Shown: one piece after another, positions 13,595-26,317 of the stretch
Layout: the number at the start of each line of letters is the position of its first letter
How positions within the stretch are numbered: position 1 is the first letter of the stretch
Origin: Batkoa obscura
Lineage: Eukaryota
Assembly (NCBI GenBank): GCA_030770535.1
Contig: JASVEC010000023.1
Location: forward strand, 186,001-250,000
Length of the DNA stretch: 64,000 bases
Direction of reading: 5' to 3'
The notes under the pieces: generated by a model
The model's database searches: none
Told to the model about the DNA's origin: nothing
Seen by the model: only the letters and a program-made list of their open reading frames with translations
Translations under genes and position numbers: made by a program

Positions 13595-16500
13595 ATGAAA
13601 TTATCCAAACTTTCTTTTTTCATTGTGCAGGTCACATGGATTATCGCTAGAAAAAGTTACAATGATGGCGATGACTGCCCAGCTTCAGGAGAAAAATGTA
13701 CTTATGATGGGGGCTCTTACCAACTAAGGGACTATGGCACCCCTCCATGCTGGAGCGCTGTCGATAAAGAATGGAAGTGCAAACCTAGAGTAAATGAATC
13801 GAACTGTCCAGAAGGATTTATAGATGTTGAAGACACATGTGGCTTTGATCCTCTTCCTCCACCACAATGTCCTTTACCTGATGATAATTGCAAATTGGAA
13901 GGCAACATATTTATTGCCAAAAATGCAAGTAAGAAAGAAGACGATTTCCCTTACTGTTGGAATAAAAATCCTGATAATACATGGTCCTGTAAAAGTAGCT
14001 CGGCAGAATGCGATATCAATGGCAAGGATTTAAGAGAATGTTTCAAACTAAAACCTGTTTGTCCAAAACTCCCAACAGAAACATGTCGCTTTGGTTTAAC
14101 GCTAGACGTGCCAGCGAGTGGACCATATATCAACAATGCAGTATGCTGGAGCAAGAATTCAAATGGTGAATGGGAATGTAAAAAGAAAGAAGGTTTTGAT
14201 TGTGCTCAGTATGAACTAGATATTACAAACTGTTTCAAAAAGAAATTATGTCCCGAAAGAAAAGATCCATGTCTTTATGATGCTAAAGTTTATAAAATTG
14301 ATACTATAGGTGCACCAAAATGTTGGAGTAAAACTAGCTTTGGTTGGAATTGTAAATTCCCTCCAGCAGGAACCGATACATGTAAAAATGAAGATACTGA
14401 TATCGATACGTGTTTTCCAGAAGATAAAATATCATGCCCTAAATCTTATTATGATGCTTGCAAATCTAGTAACTCGACCTATATTGCTGGCGATCCAGGA
14501 GATAACGATTGTTGGTCAAAAACCAAAGACGGAGATTGGAGCTGTAGGCCAAAACCAAATAATTCAAGCATTTGTGGTAGAGGTGAAGTTGATGTATCTA
14601 TTTGTGGGGTACCTCCATTACCCTCTCCTGGTTGTCCAACCAAATACAATGAAACCTGTAGATCGATTGATGACTCAGATGAATTGGCTGGAGAGCCAAA
14701 TGAGTTCGTTTGCTGGAAAAAGAACGCTTTAAAAAAATGGGTATGTTCGCCAAAAACCAATGGAAAAAACACTTGTGAGCCTGGAAATTTAGATATAACC
14801 TCGTGTACTTTAGAACCCCCACCAGTGCCGGAGTGCCCCAAAGATTACTTCACACCATGTAAAGATATCGATAATAAAGAGTTCTTAGCGGGCAAACCAT
14901 TAGGCAATGTATGCTGGTATAATTCTGGCTTCAATAGATGGGGTTGTACAGCGAGATCTAAAGCAACAAATCTATGTGAACACGGCTTATTAGACATTAC
15001 TAGATGCAATATTGAACTTCCCACCCCTCCTCCATGCCCATCAGATACTGAAACTACATGTATAACACCGAATGGCATAATAAATAGATCCAATGTCCAA
15101 AATAACGTATGCTGGTCAATTAAAAACAAGAAATGGCATTGTAATCCAAAACCCAAAGGTAGTGTGAATTGTGATGTAGGTGAGCTTGATATATCCCAAT
15201 GTTCTGGTATATCAAAACTACCATTTAATTGCCCAAAAGAATATCAAACTCTTTGTAAAAGCAAGGAGGGTTTTAAGGCTTTTGGTAGAATAAAGCATAA
15301 CTTTTGCTGGAAGCAAGACACATCCACTAAATCATGGGAGTGCCAAACTAAAGTAAATGGTACATGTAAAGAAGGTTTTCTCGATATACAGCTATGTTCT
15401 AAACCAGAAATTCCTGCTTTTAACAAAATGTGCCCTTCAAAGTATGAAACTTACTGTAAATCTAAAGACGGTTATAAAATGGCAGGAGAGGAAACAAAAG
15501 ACATATGCTGGGAAATCGATAGTAATGGAGATTATATTTGCGAGGGTTTATTAGAAAATACGAATAGATGTAAACCATTAAAAATTAACATTTTAGCATG
15601 TAGTTTGCTCCCTCCAAGCCCACCAAAGTGCCCAACAAAGTCAACCGATTATTGTATGGCTGGAGGGCGTAAAATTATAGCTGGAGAAGTTAAAATTAAT
15701 TCTTGTTGGGGTATTAGTCCTTCAGGAGGATATTACTGTATTCCTAAAGAATCCAATGGAACTTGTAAACCAAGCTTAGTAGACATAGATAAGTGTAATA
15801 TTCCTGCTCCTCAACCCACCCCTTGCCCTAAAAGAAATGATAAATGTCATTATCAAGGAAAATCATATGGAATTTATGATGAGTTGACACCAAAATGTTG
15901 GGTGAAAGATCAAGAGAAATGGGAGTGTGAGCCTATTTTTTCCCAATCAGCAAAATGCCCAGGTAATGCTGTTGATATTAGCAAATGCTTTCCTCCACTG
16001 CCAAAATGCCCTGCCTCCTTTACCAGTGTATGTCAAGCTCCAAATTCTGAGCAAAAAATTATGGCTGGGAAACCTGGCAATAATGTTTGCTGGAATAAAA
16101 ATAAGCAAGGAGATTGGGAGTGCTACCCAATGGATATTGGTGAGAAATATTGCAGTCCAGGATTTCTAGATGTCACTACATGTTCATTACCTTACCCAAA
16201 AGCTCCATCATGTCCAAAGAGTTATACAGATGTAAGTTTTAGTGACAAGAAACTCGTCCTAGCTGGTGAGCCTGGAATAAATGTATGTTGGTCTTTCCAA
16301 GGAAATAATAGATGGATTAGTTCACCAAGGCCAAACAAATATTTGGCATGTAAACCAGGTGACTTAGATATCACTACATGTAACTTTGTTAAACCAAACC
16401 CTCCACCATGTCCAGAAAAATATCAAACGCGCTGCACTAAGGGAAGTGATTCAATTTTAGCAGGTAAACCTGGAAAGAATGTATGCTGGAGATATAATGG

Positions 16501-17167
16501 AAAATCGTGGGATTGTAATCCTAAGGAAGAAAGTCTTGAAGAGTGTAGATATAATGAAATAAATGTTAATAAATGTAGTTTGGAAGCTCCAGAAACCCCA
16601 AGCTGTCCTAAGGATTATTTAACAGAATGTGAAGATAGTGAGGGTAAAAAACATACTATTAGTAACCCTGGAGGAAAAATATGTTGGTTTTATGATTTTT
16701 CAGATGGATTTAATTGGAAATGCTCTTCGCCTTTGAGCAAAGGTAAAGTTGGATGCAATGATAATCAATTAGATATCAGCAAATGTGAGATTAAGAAGCC
16801 CGCTACTCCAGAATGTCCACCTATTTCAGCAGTTTGTAAGATGAATAACAAAGTTTATGAACTCAAAGATTCTAAGTCACCATCTTGTTGGAAGCCCGGT
16901 TATGTAGGATATGATTGTATTAATAAGGTGGAAGGCAATCCAGCTGAAGTATGCCCATTAGGCTACGTTAATAAAGATATATGTAAATATGAGGTACCGG
17001 AATGTCCTCCCAAAACCTCTATTTGTCGTTCTGAATACAGTATTCATAAATTTAGTGATGAAAGTACTCCTAACTGCTGGTCAAAGTTCAACTACCAATG
17101 GAAATGTATGAAGCCTGAACATGGTGATAAGTGTCCTATCAATTCTATTGACATTAAAAAATGCTAA
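13595..17167 (+). CDS. Secreted cysteine-rich protein of 18 tandem six-Cys modules (CP-C-CW-(W/Y)xC-C-(D/N)xxxC); intronless, about 1190 aa
   Basis: Long ORF; ATG at 13595 (MKLSKLSFFIVQVTWIIA, signal-peptide-like); 18 repeats of about 55-61 aa joined by Pro-rich linkers; ends on the last Cys with no TM or GPI tail. Confidence 0.93.
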   Translation: MKLSKLSFFIVQVTWIIARKSYNDGDDCPASGEKCTYDGGSYQLRDYGTPPCWSAVDKEWKCKPRVNESNCPEGFIDVEDTCGFDPLPPPQCPLPDDNCKLEGNIFIAKNASKKEDDFPYCWNKNPDNTWSCKSSSAECDINGKDLRECFKLKPVCPKLPTETCRFGLTLDVPASGPYINNAVCWSKNSNGEWECKKKEGFDCAQYELDITNCFKKKLCPERKDPCLYDAKVYKIDTIGAPKCWSKTSFGWNCKFPPAGTDTCKNEDTDIDTCFPEDKISCPKSYYDACKSSNSTYIAGDPGDNDCWSKTKDGDWSCRPKPNNSSICGRGEVDVSICGVPPLPSPGCPTKYNETCRSIDDSDELAGEPNEFVCWKKNALKKWVCSPKTNGKNTCEPGNLDITSCTLEPPPVPECPKDYFTPCKDIDNKEFLAGKPLGNVCWYNSGFNRWGCTARSKATNLCEHGLLDITRCNIELPTPPPCPSDTETTCITPNGIINRSNVQNNVCWSIKNKKWHCNPKPKGSVNCDVGELDISQCSGISKLPFNCPKEYQTLCKSKEGFKAFGRIKHNFCWKQDTSTKSWECQTKVNGTCKEGFLDIQLCSKPEIPAFNKMCPSKYETYCKSKDGYKMAGEETKDICWEIDSNGDYICEGLLENTNRCKPLKINILACSLLPPSPPKCPTKSTDYCMAGGRKIIAGEVKINSCWGISPSGGYYCIPKESNGTCKPSLVDIDKCNIPAPQPTPCPKRNDKCHYQGKSYGIYDELTPKCWVKDQEKWECEPIFSQSAKCPGNAVDISKCFPPLPKCPASFTSVCQAPNSEQKIMAGKPGNNVCWNKNKQGDWECYPMDIGEKYCSPGFLDVTTCSLPYPKAPSCPKSYTDVSFSDKKLVLAGEPGINVCWSFQGNNRWISSPRPNKYLACKPGDLDITTCNFVKPNPPPCPEKYQTRCTKGSDSILAGKPGKNVCWRYNGKSWDCNPKEESLEECRYNEINVNKCSLEAPETPSCPKDYLTECEDSEGKKHTISNPGGKICWFYDFSDGFNWKCSSPLSKGKVGCNDNQLDISKCEIKKPATPECPPISAVCKMNNKVYELKDSKSPSCWKPGYVGYDCINKVEGNPAEVCPLGYVNKDICKYEVPECPPKTSICRSEYSIHKFSDESTPNCWSKFNYQWKCMKPEHGDKCPINSIDIKKC

Positions 17168-17420
17168 TTTATTGGTTCTTTAAATAAAACAATTAAACAT
17201 TTTATTTAAATTATTTGTAAAATTTAAAATTTCTAGTTAATTTAAAGACTACCTTTTTGTTTATTATATACATTGATATCATTTTCTTTAAAATAAACTA
17301 TTCTATATTATAAAATGAATGAAATGAAATAAAATCAACACTCTAAACAAAGAAAATTAAGATGTTGTATTAAAAAATGTATTGTAAATAATACATGTGT
17401 AAATAAGATACATCCTTTTT

Positions 17421-18273
<853 letters not shown>

Positions 18274-18588
18274 TCCAAATTATTAAAATCGGTTTATTCA
18301 TCAAATTAATAAAAAATAAAGGTCTTTTAGGCATAAATTCATTTTAATAAAATTTTGTTCTTTAATCGGTTTAGTATTCCCTAAATTATTGTCTTATGTC
18401 TTTAGGTTAATATGAAATTTATGAGTTAGCTATTATTATATGAATTTATAAAGGGGTGTTAATAATCAATCGACAAAATCATATAAACCAGTATGTATCA
18501 TAAATTGTGATATAGCTGTTCAAACGATAAAAGTAAACAAATAGTCAAAATATAATTTTATTTAAATATGCATTTTAAAGTCTTAATC

Positions 18589-19315
18589 TTATACTGGAAG
18601 TCTAAACTTTTGTCCATACATAACCCTAAAAAAGATAAATAACTTAACAAAATTCTATAAAATAAACTTACTTTGTAACATATAGATAAAAGAAATCAGC
18701 ATAAAGGGCAGTCTGAACAATACCTGCAATAACAGTGTAAGGATGAAAAATATTTTCAGTGTTGTAGCGATAGATCCAATTAATTATATAAAGTCCACGA
18801 TAAGCTCCTAAAGCAAAAAGATAATGTGTAGTTATGTTCTCTGCCTCTCCTTTACGAGTTAACATAAATAATTGTGGAAAAATAGCTACCGCTTCTAAAT
18901 AAATAGAAAATGTCCATATAATCTAAAACTATAAGTGATATTAAAATTTTACAGTAATCATTACCTCATAAACCTCAAATTTTTCATGAAACAATAAAGC
19001 CAAGATGGCTGCCCCAACGGCCAAATATTCGGCACGAAATAAGTCATCTCCTTTATTATAGGTAGGCTTCAACTTATATTGCATAAGATATACGACATAA
19101 GCTGATGATGCTATGAAAAAGAGACGCATAACAACAAGATAAAGACTTCCATAGTACCAGAAAAGGTTCAAATAACGGGTACCAAATACAGCCAGATATA
19201 AAACTTGAGACTTTAAAGAAATACCTGAACAAGAGTTGGTTTGAGTGATCTTTAACAATAAAATTAGGATTGATGCTAAGTGTAGCATATCCCCAAGTAA
19301 TCGAAATATATTCAT
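18589..19315 (-). CDS. ERD2: ER lumen protein-retaining (HDEL/KDEL) receptor, 3 exons
   Basis: [79 protein letters not shown]. Confidence 0.97.
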
Positions 19316-19652
19316 TGTGATAAGGATAATCTAATAAAAACAAGTCAAGCAATTTTGTTAAATTTAGTTTTATAGCTCATGTCATCAATATATTTGTTAT
19401 CTTTTTATTAGCTCCTTTTAAAGAAACTTTGGTTTTATTGGCTTAGCCTTTTGTTACAAGTCCTTTTTTATTGGCTTTTAGTGAGTCTAAAATGTGATGT
19501 AACTTTCTTGTCAAAAAACCGAATAAATTTGCCCAAAATTTTATCAAAAACTTAATAACTATTTCATTCAATAAATTAATATAAAAATTGTCGTTTTTAA
19601 ATTCTGTAGCATTATAAATTGAAGTAACATTAATAGAATAATAAATTAAAAA

Positions 19653-20551
19653 ATGTTTAAATGGTTGTTTGTGATATTATGTTTAATAAAGTAATTAAAA
19701 TCAATAGCTTTTAATAAAGTACTAATATTGCTAGCTTACATCAGGCAACAAAAACATTTAAAATCGAAGGGAGATTGATTCCATCTGAAGATTTTCCAGG
19801 TATATTATATACCAATAGCATCAATTTTACGTAATAAGAATTTAGTTTTAGAAACTTTTACTAGTGCTACACAAGCGCTTTTGAATGGGGGGATTATAAG
19901 GGCTAGAATTCAAAACAACGGGAAGTTTATCTTGTAAATTGTTTAGTATCTATTTTAGTTTGAATAATTAATTTAAAAAGATTTGAAGTTCCAGAAGGCA
20001 ATCACACCGTCTCATTTTCAAGCAACGTCTATCAATTCCCATTGGTATTACTTTTCATTTTTTAGCTATGTTTTATAATTATTATTAGTTGAGAGTTAAT
20101 GTTGGGCAAAAGGATAGTAAAAAAGTGGTAGTTTTTCCACTAAGAGAAGGTGCTGTACTTGATGCTATCGGCGAAGAAGTTGATTACCCTATAAGAGTTT
20201 CCCCAGTGAGGAAATTTGACTATTTTATGGTAATTTGAAAAAGATAGGAAATGGAAAAATATTAAAATGGATGAAATTATAGAAACGAGAAGAATTTAAT
20301 ATTATAAGTTTATTCTCGAACCCCATGCTGTTAATGTCATTGGTCTCTTTGGTATTGGTATTCTTCGGCCCCAAACTTATAGGTTCTCTAGGTAAGTGCT
20401 TATTCAACTATATTCATTATTATAACCCTTTTTAGATGAAGAAACTTTGAAAGAAGTCCAAGAAAATCATGATAGTTTAACTGGTGGTTTTAATTTAGAT
20501 AAATACCAAAATGCTCCATCTCTATCTGAGAGATTAGCCAAATTCACATAA
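19653..20551 (+). CDS. EMC7: ER membrane protein complex subunit 7 (DUF2012-like), multi-exon; absent from the ORF track
   Basis: Spliced: signal peptide MFKWLFVILCL; FKIEGRL; LLNGG..ARIQNNGKF; VPEGNH..YQFP; DYFM|KREEFNIISLFSNPMLLM + TM + PKL; DEETLKEVQ; stop 20549-20551. Confidence 0.85.
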
Positions 20552-20607
20552 TTTAATGTTAATTACATGAATAAAAATATTAATTTTATTACAAATAATT
20601 TGGTAGA

Positions 20608-21796
20608 CTAATAACGTCTTTTCTTATGAAACTCAGGATGATACCGAGAATAGCTCGTTTCTTGATTTCTATTTAATAATTTATCCTCTCTTTCTTTTTC
20701 TTTCTTTTCTCTTCGGAGTCTAGCTTCCCTCAATTTTTGTATACGTAATTCCTATCATAATTATTGTCAGTATAATATTTTAAATTCATTAACGTATATT
20801 ACTTTATCCCCTTCAGAACTTTGTCTGTTCCCTACTTTGATTATTTTCGTATCTCTTTCAGATTTCTCGCTTTCTTTTTTATTTAAACTTGTTCCATAAG
20901 CAGGATTTCTACGCGAGAGTCTCTTTTTAATATCATTTAAAGGATCATTAAATTTCAAAGTATGATGAGATGATATTTTGTCTCTGAACAAAGTTAACAA
21001 AAAAACTTTCAAAAGTAGTAATAAAATACCTTGATAAAACCAATTCATCATTTAGAGTTTCCTTATTTTTGAGATACCATGATCTTTTGATTTGGTCTAG
21101 AAGGTATTAATTTCAAATTACCAAGAAAACTAAAGATAATCACCTTCTTTTCTTACTAAATAATTCTCTTGAGCTTCCTTTTTCTTTTCAATAGCTTTTC
21201 CTTCATCTACTTCCGCTTCATTTTTGTTTGCTATAGTAAATAACTAAAACATTATTAATATTATATAAGAATATAAAGATGTTACTTTTTCAGGTCCTTG
21301 TTCAATAAAGTCCGTAAAAAAATCTTTAGGTATCTCTTTCTTTAAATAACTTCTATCCTCTTTATTAAAATCAACGTTGTTTCTCTCCCATATTGGCTTC
21401 TCTTTCCTCTTTTTATCTTTTACTTCAATAACTGCGTTCCCTTTTTCAGGTACAAAAAGTCCATACTCTTCCTTAATTTCCTCAGTATTTATTATCTCTA
21501 CTTTATTGTTTTTATCATCCTCTAGTTGGTATCTGTTTTTAGCCAATGACCGTAATCTATTTAAGCGTTTTTTATCATTCTATAAAACGTAAATTATATC
21601 AACTTTGAATTACTTTGAATTACTTCTTTCTTTATAACTTCGTCTTTTTCCTCCTGTTCTTTTGCTGCTTCCTCTTCATCTTTCAATACCTTTTCTCGGT
21701 TTTTAGCGCTATAAACATGCCAGCTATAATGATTTTTAAGTATAGATGCTTCTAGCTTTTAGAATAATCCTACCTCTTATGGTGTAAAATATTCAT
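20608..21796 (-). CDS. LENG1-like spliceosome-associated protein (CIR N-terminal-type motif), multi-exon
   Basis: MNILHHK|SWHVYSAKNREKVLKDEEEA; DPLNDIKKRL; C-terminal YSRYHPEF resembles the LENG1 YNSQFNP motif. Confidence 0.8.
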
Positions 21797-21983
21797 TTTT
21801 ATCAATTTAAACTAAAACAAATTTTGCTTTTTACAGCAATCAACTAATATTATTGAATTCCATGAAATAAAATGAGCCAATAATTGTCATTTACTTTAAA
21901 TAGTTTCAAACTTAGATTACTAATGTTACAAGCAACTATAAAAAACATTCTCATTCAATTATCTAAAATTATAACAAAATAAA

Positions 21984-23009
21984 ATGGCGAAACCAGAAGA
22001 AGCTCCAGAACACTGCCCAGTAACTTTCAATACATAACTTAGAAGCTATTTAAAAATTTTATTACCAGGGAACAGAATCAAATAATGCTGGAAAAGCAGA
22101 CGCTTGTGCAGGTTGTCCAAATCAACAGATATGTGCAACAGCACCTAAAGGCCCGGATCCAGGTAGGCTTAAAAATAAAATAATTTAGATTAGATTAACC
22201 CAAAATTAGATTTATTCCTAATAAAAGAGAGATTAAGCCAAGTTAAACATAAAATCTTAATTTTAAGCGGGAAAGGAGGAGTAGGAAAGAGTACATTTAC
22301 CACCCAATTAGCTTTAGCTTTAAGTCAAGATGAAGATGTTCAAGTAGGATTGATGGATATCGATATATGTGGGCCAAGTATACCAGTCATGCTAGGTGCA
22401 GAAGAAGAAAAAGTACATCAAACTGCAGCTGGATGGACACCAATCTATGTAAAGGATAATTTAAGTTTAATGAGTATTGGATTCCTTTTAGATGATGAAG
22501 ACGATGCAGTGATATGGAGAGGGCCTAAAAAGAACGGTATAATTAAGCAGTTTTTAAAAGAGGTTGAGTGGGATGATTTGGATTTTATGTTAATGGACAC
22601 GCCACCAGGAACTTCTGACGAGCATCTCAGTATTGTGTCGTTTTTAAAGGAGAGTGGCGTAACCGGGGCTGTTGTGATTACAACCCCATCAGAAGTGGCT
22701 TTATTAGATGTTAGAAAAGAGATTGATTTTTGTAATAAGGTAAAGCTACCCATCTTGGGTGTGGTTGAAAACATGGCAGGCTTTGTATGCCCTAACTGTG
22801 AAAATGAGTCTACTATATTCCCCCCTACTACTGGTGGTGCTAAAAAAATGTGTGAGGAGCTGAACCTTGATTTACTTGGGTCCATTCCTCTGGATCCTAA
22901 ATTGGCCCAATGCTGTGATGAAGGAAAAGACTTTTTACAGCTGTTCCCTAATGCTAAAACTAGTTTGGAATTATTATCCATAGTAGATAAATTAAAGGCT
23001 AAAGTATAA
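21984..23009 (+). CDS. NBP35: Cytosolic Fe-S cluster assembly P-loop NTPase Nbp35, 3 exons
   Basis: N-terminal [22 protein letters not shown]ys motif (distinguishes it from Cfd1); [45 protein letters not shown]. Confidence 0.96.
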
Positions 23010-23272
23010 AATAACCAGATTGTATATTCTATTTTAAAGTATTGGGCAGCATTAGGTACTCAGATGACAAATGAGTCAAAATTTTAGTTAAAATATATAT
23101 ATGAAATAAATAAAAATTAAGATTAACTATTAATTTATTACTATTAATTTATATTATGAGTACTTGATGTAATTGAATAGTTGCTTTGTCCTAGCCTAAC
23201 AATAAATAATAAATACCACCACAATTATTTTCTATCTTAAATAGCTTAGATTATTAACATAAATTAAACAAT

Positions 23273-25491
23273 CTATCTTTTAGCTGAATGAAGCTCAACA
23301 CTCATAAGTGCTTTTTTAGCCTCAATATTTCCAAATTTAGCCGCCTGATTAACTAATTGTAGCCCTTTTTCTATATCCATTTTGACTCCTTGACCTTTAA
23401 TATAACAAGTTCCTAAATGATAGAGCGAAGACTTGTCCCCTAATTGGACTGCTTGATCAAAATAATGGACTGCTTTTTGGTAATATATGTCATTGTTCTC
23501 TTTTGATTGAGCTAATTGGTAATAATGGTTTCCTAAAAAATCTAACGCCTTAGAATGCCCAGAGGCTGCAGAAAGTTCCATATAATTAATGGCTTTCTCT
23601 ATATCTTTTTTACATATATCCTTATACCCCCAATAATGATACGTACCTAGATAGTAAAAGGCTTGTATATCACCATACATAGCCAACCCTTGGAATATTT
23701 TATAAGCTTGTGGTTTTTTAGAGTTTTGATGATAATCAATCGCTCGTTCCATATCCCTTTCTATACTTTCTATTTTGTAACTTTCTATTTCCGGAGATCT
23801 AATCGATGAGTTTTTCAAATCTCTTGTTATGTTATTTACTGTTATATCAATTGGCCCATTGCCTACTTTTCGAACAAGAAGCGGCATCTTGTTTTTAGCC
23901 TCCTTTTGATGCTCTATAATTTTTTTTCTAGGGCTGTTTTCCACTAAATAAAGTTTAAAATATTACGTTTTAACGTATATAATAAAATCTTACATGATGC
24001 CTCGGGATTTAATTTTGTCCAGAATAATTTAGTATTTGTTAACTCAATTATACCGTCAGTGTCTAATCCATAAAAATCATTTTCAATTTGCTTTTCTTTA
24101 AACATTTTGTTGTAAATAGATTCGAATTGAGCAACCAATGTATCTGAACCTGGTCTTGAATTAGGCTCGAAGTTCCAAGCTTCACTAATAAGCTCTGCTA
24201 AATCATCAGGGAACTGAGATAAATTTTCGTGCTTTGGATTTACGCTGAAAGAAGCTATAGAAGAAGGATTATGTAATTCACCGAATGGAGTTCTTTCAGC
24301 ATAAATTGACCACAACAATAAGCCTATTGAATAAATATCCCCTTTGAAAGACCAAACATATTTTTGTTTAAAACTTTCTGGTGGCATAAAAATAAACTCA
24401 CTAAAATCTTTGTTCATACCTAAATTTGTGTGATGTAGATTATATTCCTTTGAGAACTCAAAGCCAGACAGTTTTAGGTCATAATTATCATCAAATAGTA
24501 AATGGTTTAAATTTAAATTACGATGAATAATATTTAATTCGTGCAAATAATCAACCACTTCTAGAAGTTGCTTCATCCATTTAAATTTTAGAGACAAAGT
24601 CTTTTCTATATTATTATTCGAAATTATTTGCTTTAAATTACCATTACTACAATAATCCATAATTAAACCAGTTTCATTACTATTGATCCATAACCCGTGA
24701 ATTTTAATAATACTTTCACACTCGCTTAATCGACCGACCATAGCCGCTTCCTTTTTTAACTTGAGTAAAATTTCCTTACTTATCCCTTTGTACCTCCTTT
24801 CCATCACTGGTTTCCCACGATATCTCTTTAAGATTAACTTATGGCTCCCTTTTTCACTTATAACTTTTTCATCTTCATTTTTACCTTCCTTTTCAATCTC
24901 ATATTTTTTTAAATCATTTGAGCACCCACCTTTGATCCCATCAATATCTTTAATAATATTTGTTTTGTTAGTTGTTGCTGAGTCTAATATCGTTGATATC
25001 TTTTTCAAGTCATGAATAGTACTATTAAACGTATCCCTTACTCTTCTTAAATTGTCATTGAAAGCATCATTCGATCCATTGTTTTGATCCATGTGTTCAA
25101 CTACTAGGGTGATTTGTTTCAGTTGTTGAGTAGTACATTGCATCTCACTTAACCACTGTATAATCACCTTGTTATTTTGTTCTTTATTAATAATTCGAAT
25201 AAATCTTCCACTTTTACTCAAAGCTATTAAACAAGAATGAATACCATCGAGCAAAATCATATATTGCTGAATGGAACTATAGAATAAAATTTGTTCAAAC
25301 CAAAAATGGTGCTTTGGATATATCTCAATTAAAGACTGGATATATTGCTTACTTAGCTTAATTTCATGTGCTAAAGCTTCTCGGATACTACTATTATGTT
25401 TTAGTTTGTCTACTGAGCTATCAATATTTGCTAGAAAAATCACGCATTTGTGCATCAAATTGATTGCAGAGTCCTTTTGAGCTGTTATCAT
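23273..25491 (-). CDS. MLKL-like pseudokinase: helical N-terminal domain + TKL-type pseudokinase + Sel1 repeats; 2 exons (intron 23944-23993), 722 aa
   Basis: Kinase subdomains with HRN, KLSGFEFSK, MPPE, DIYSIG, EPNSRP; a GTAAGA..TTTAG intron joins the two track ORFs in frame (AS-L-EN); three Sel1 repeats (AFYYLG, ALDFLG, SLYHLGTCYIKGQGVKMDIEKG). Confidence 0.88.
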
Positions 25492-26214
25492 TATAAAAAT
25501 TGGATAAATTAAAACTTAGAGATTATTGATGTCTCTTTTTATATAATTTATCTTGTTGTCTTATATAGTAATTGTAATTGTAATTAATTAATTTTATGTT
25601 TAATTTTAATTTTAATTTATGGCTTTTTGATTTGTTTTTAAATTAAGTAATTATACAGTAAAGTTTGTTAATAACTTCTAAATGACAGTAACTGTATTAG
25701 TAACAATAACAAAACCCTTATCAAACTATCACCATCTCAACCAGTTATAGCTTTAACAAATATACTATACTTTCTAACTATATATTTTAAAAATTTGTCT
25801 TAAACTTCTAGCTTTTAACAATAAACCAACCATCTGTTTAATTTTAATTATGTGCTAGCTAATGTTAATTTTACTAATCAATAAGCTATAATATTGAGCT
25901 AATTTCAAGCTTGACACTTAGATTTATATTCCCAAATAAAAAGCTAAGAAATACTCATTTAACTTTAAACAGATATAGCTTTAAAATTGATGTTACTGAT
26001 TCAAATTGCCATTTTTAGTAATAAAGAATGATTCACTCATAAAATACATTAGATGAGTAGTTTAAAATAACAATGTAATATCATTAATTATGATGTGCTA
26101 TTAGTTATGTAGTCCCTATATTCGAATACTCATCGTATAAACATTAAATCATTTCATAATATTAGGGGAAATTCTCTATGTTTTGAATAAACATGTGAAT
26201 ATTTTCAATAAGAG

Positions 26215-26317
26215 ATATGGGGATGTTTTTTGTGTTTAAGAATTTTATTAACGATCTTTCCACTCATAGTGCTTAAAAAATGGGAAAATAAGGAAATCAA
26301 AAAAAACATCCCCATAT
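26215..26317 (+). mobile_element. MITE family copy
   Basis: ATAT-GGGGATG...CATCCCC-ATAT with the family core. Confidence 0.88.

Noticed and set aside
13732..16169. Many antisense and alternate-frame ORFs inside the Cys-rich gene
   Set aside because: Shadow ORFs of a relatively GC-rich coding region, with no recognisable protein features
22445..22981. 178-aa antisense ORF over NBP35
   Set aside because: Mirror of a highly conserved gene; no independent coding signal
23940..23946. Stop/start overlap (TAG/GTG) between the kinase and Sel1 ORFs, resembling bacterial translational coupling or a frameshift
   Set aside because: A canonical 50-nt GTAAGA..TTTAG intron (23944-23993) joins them in frame; the TAG is the splice acceptor
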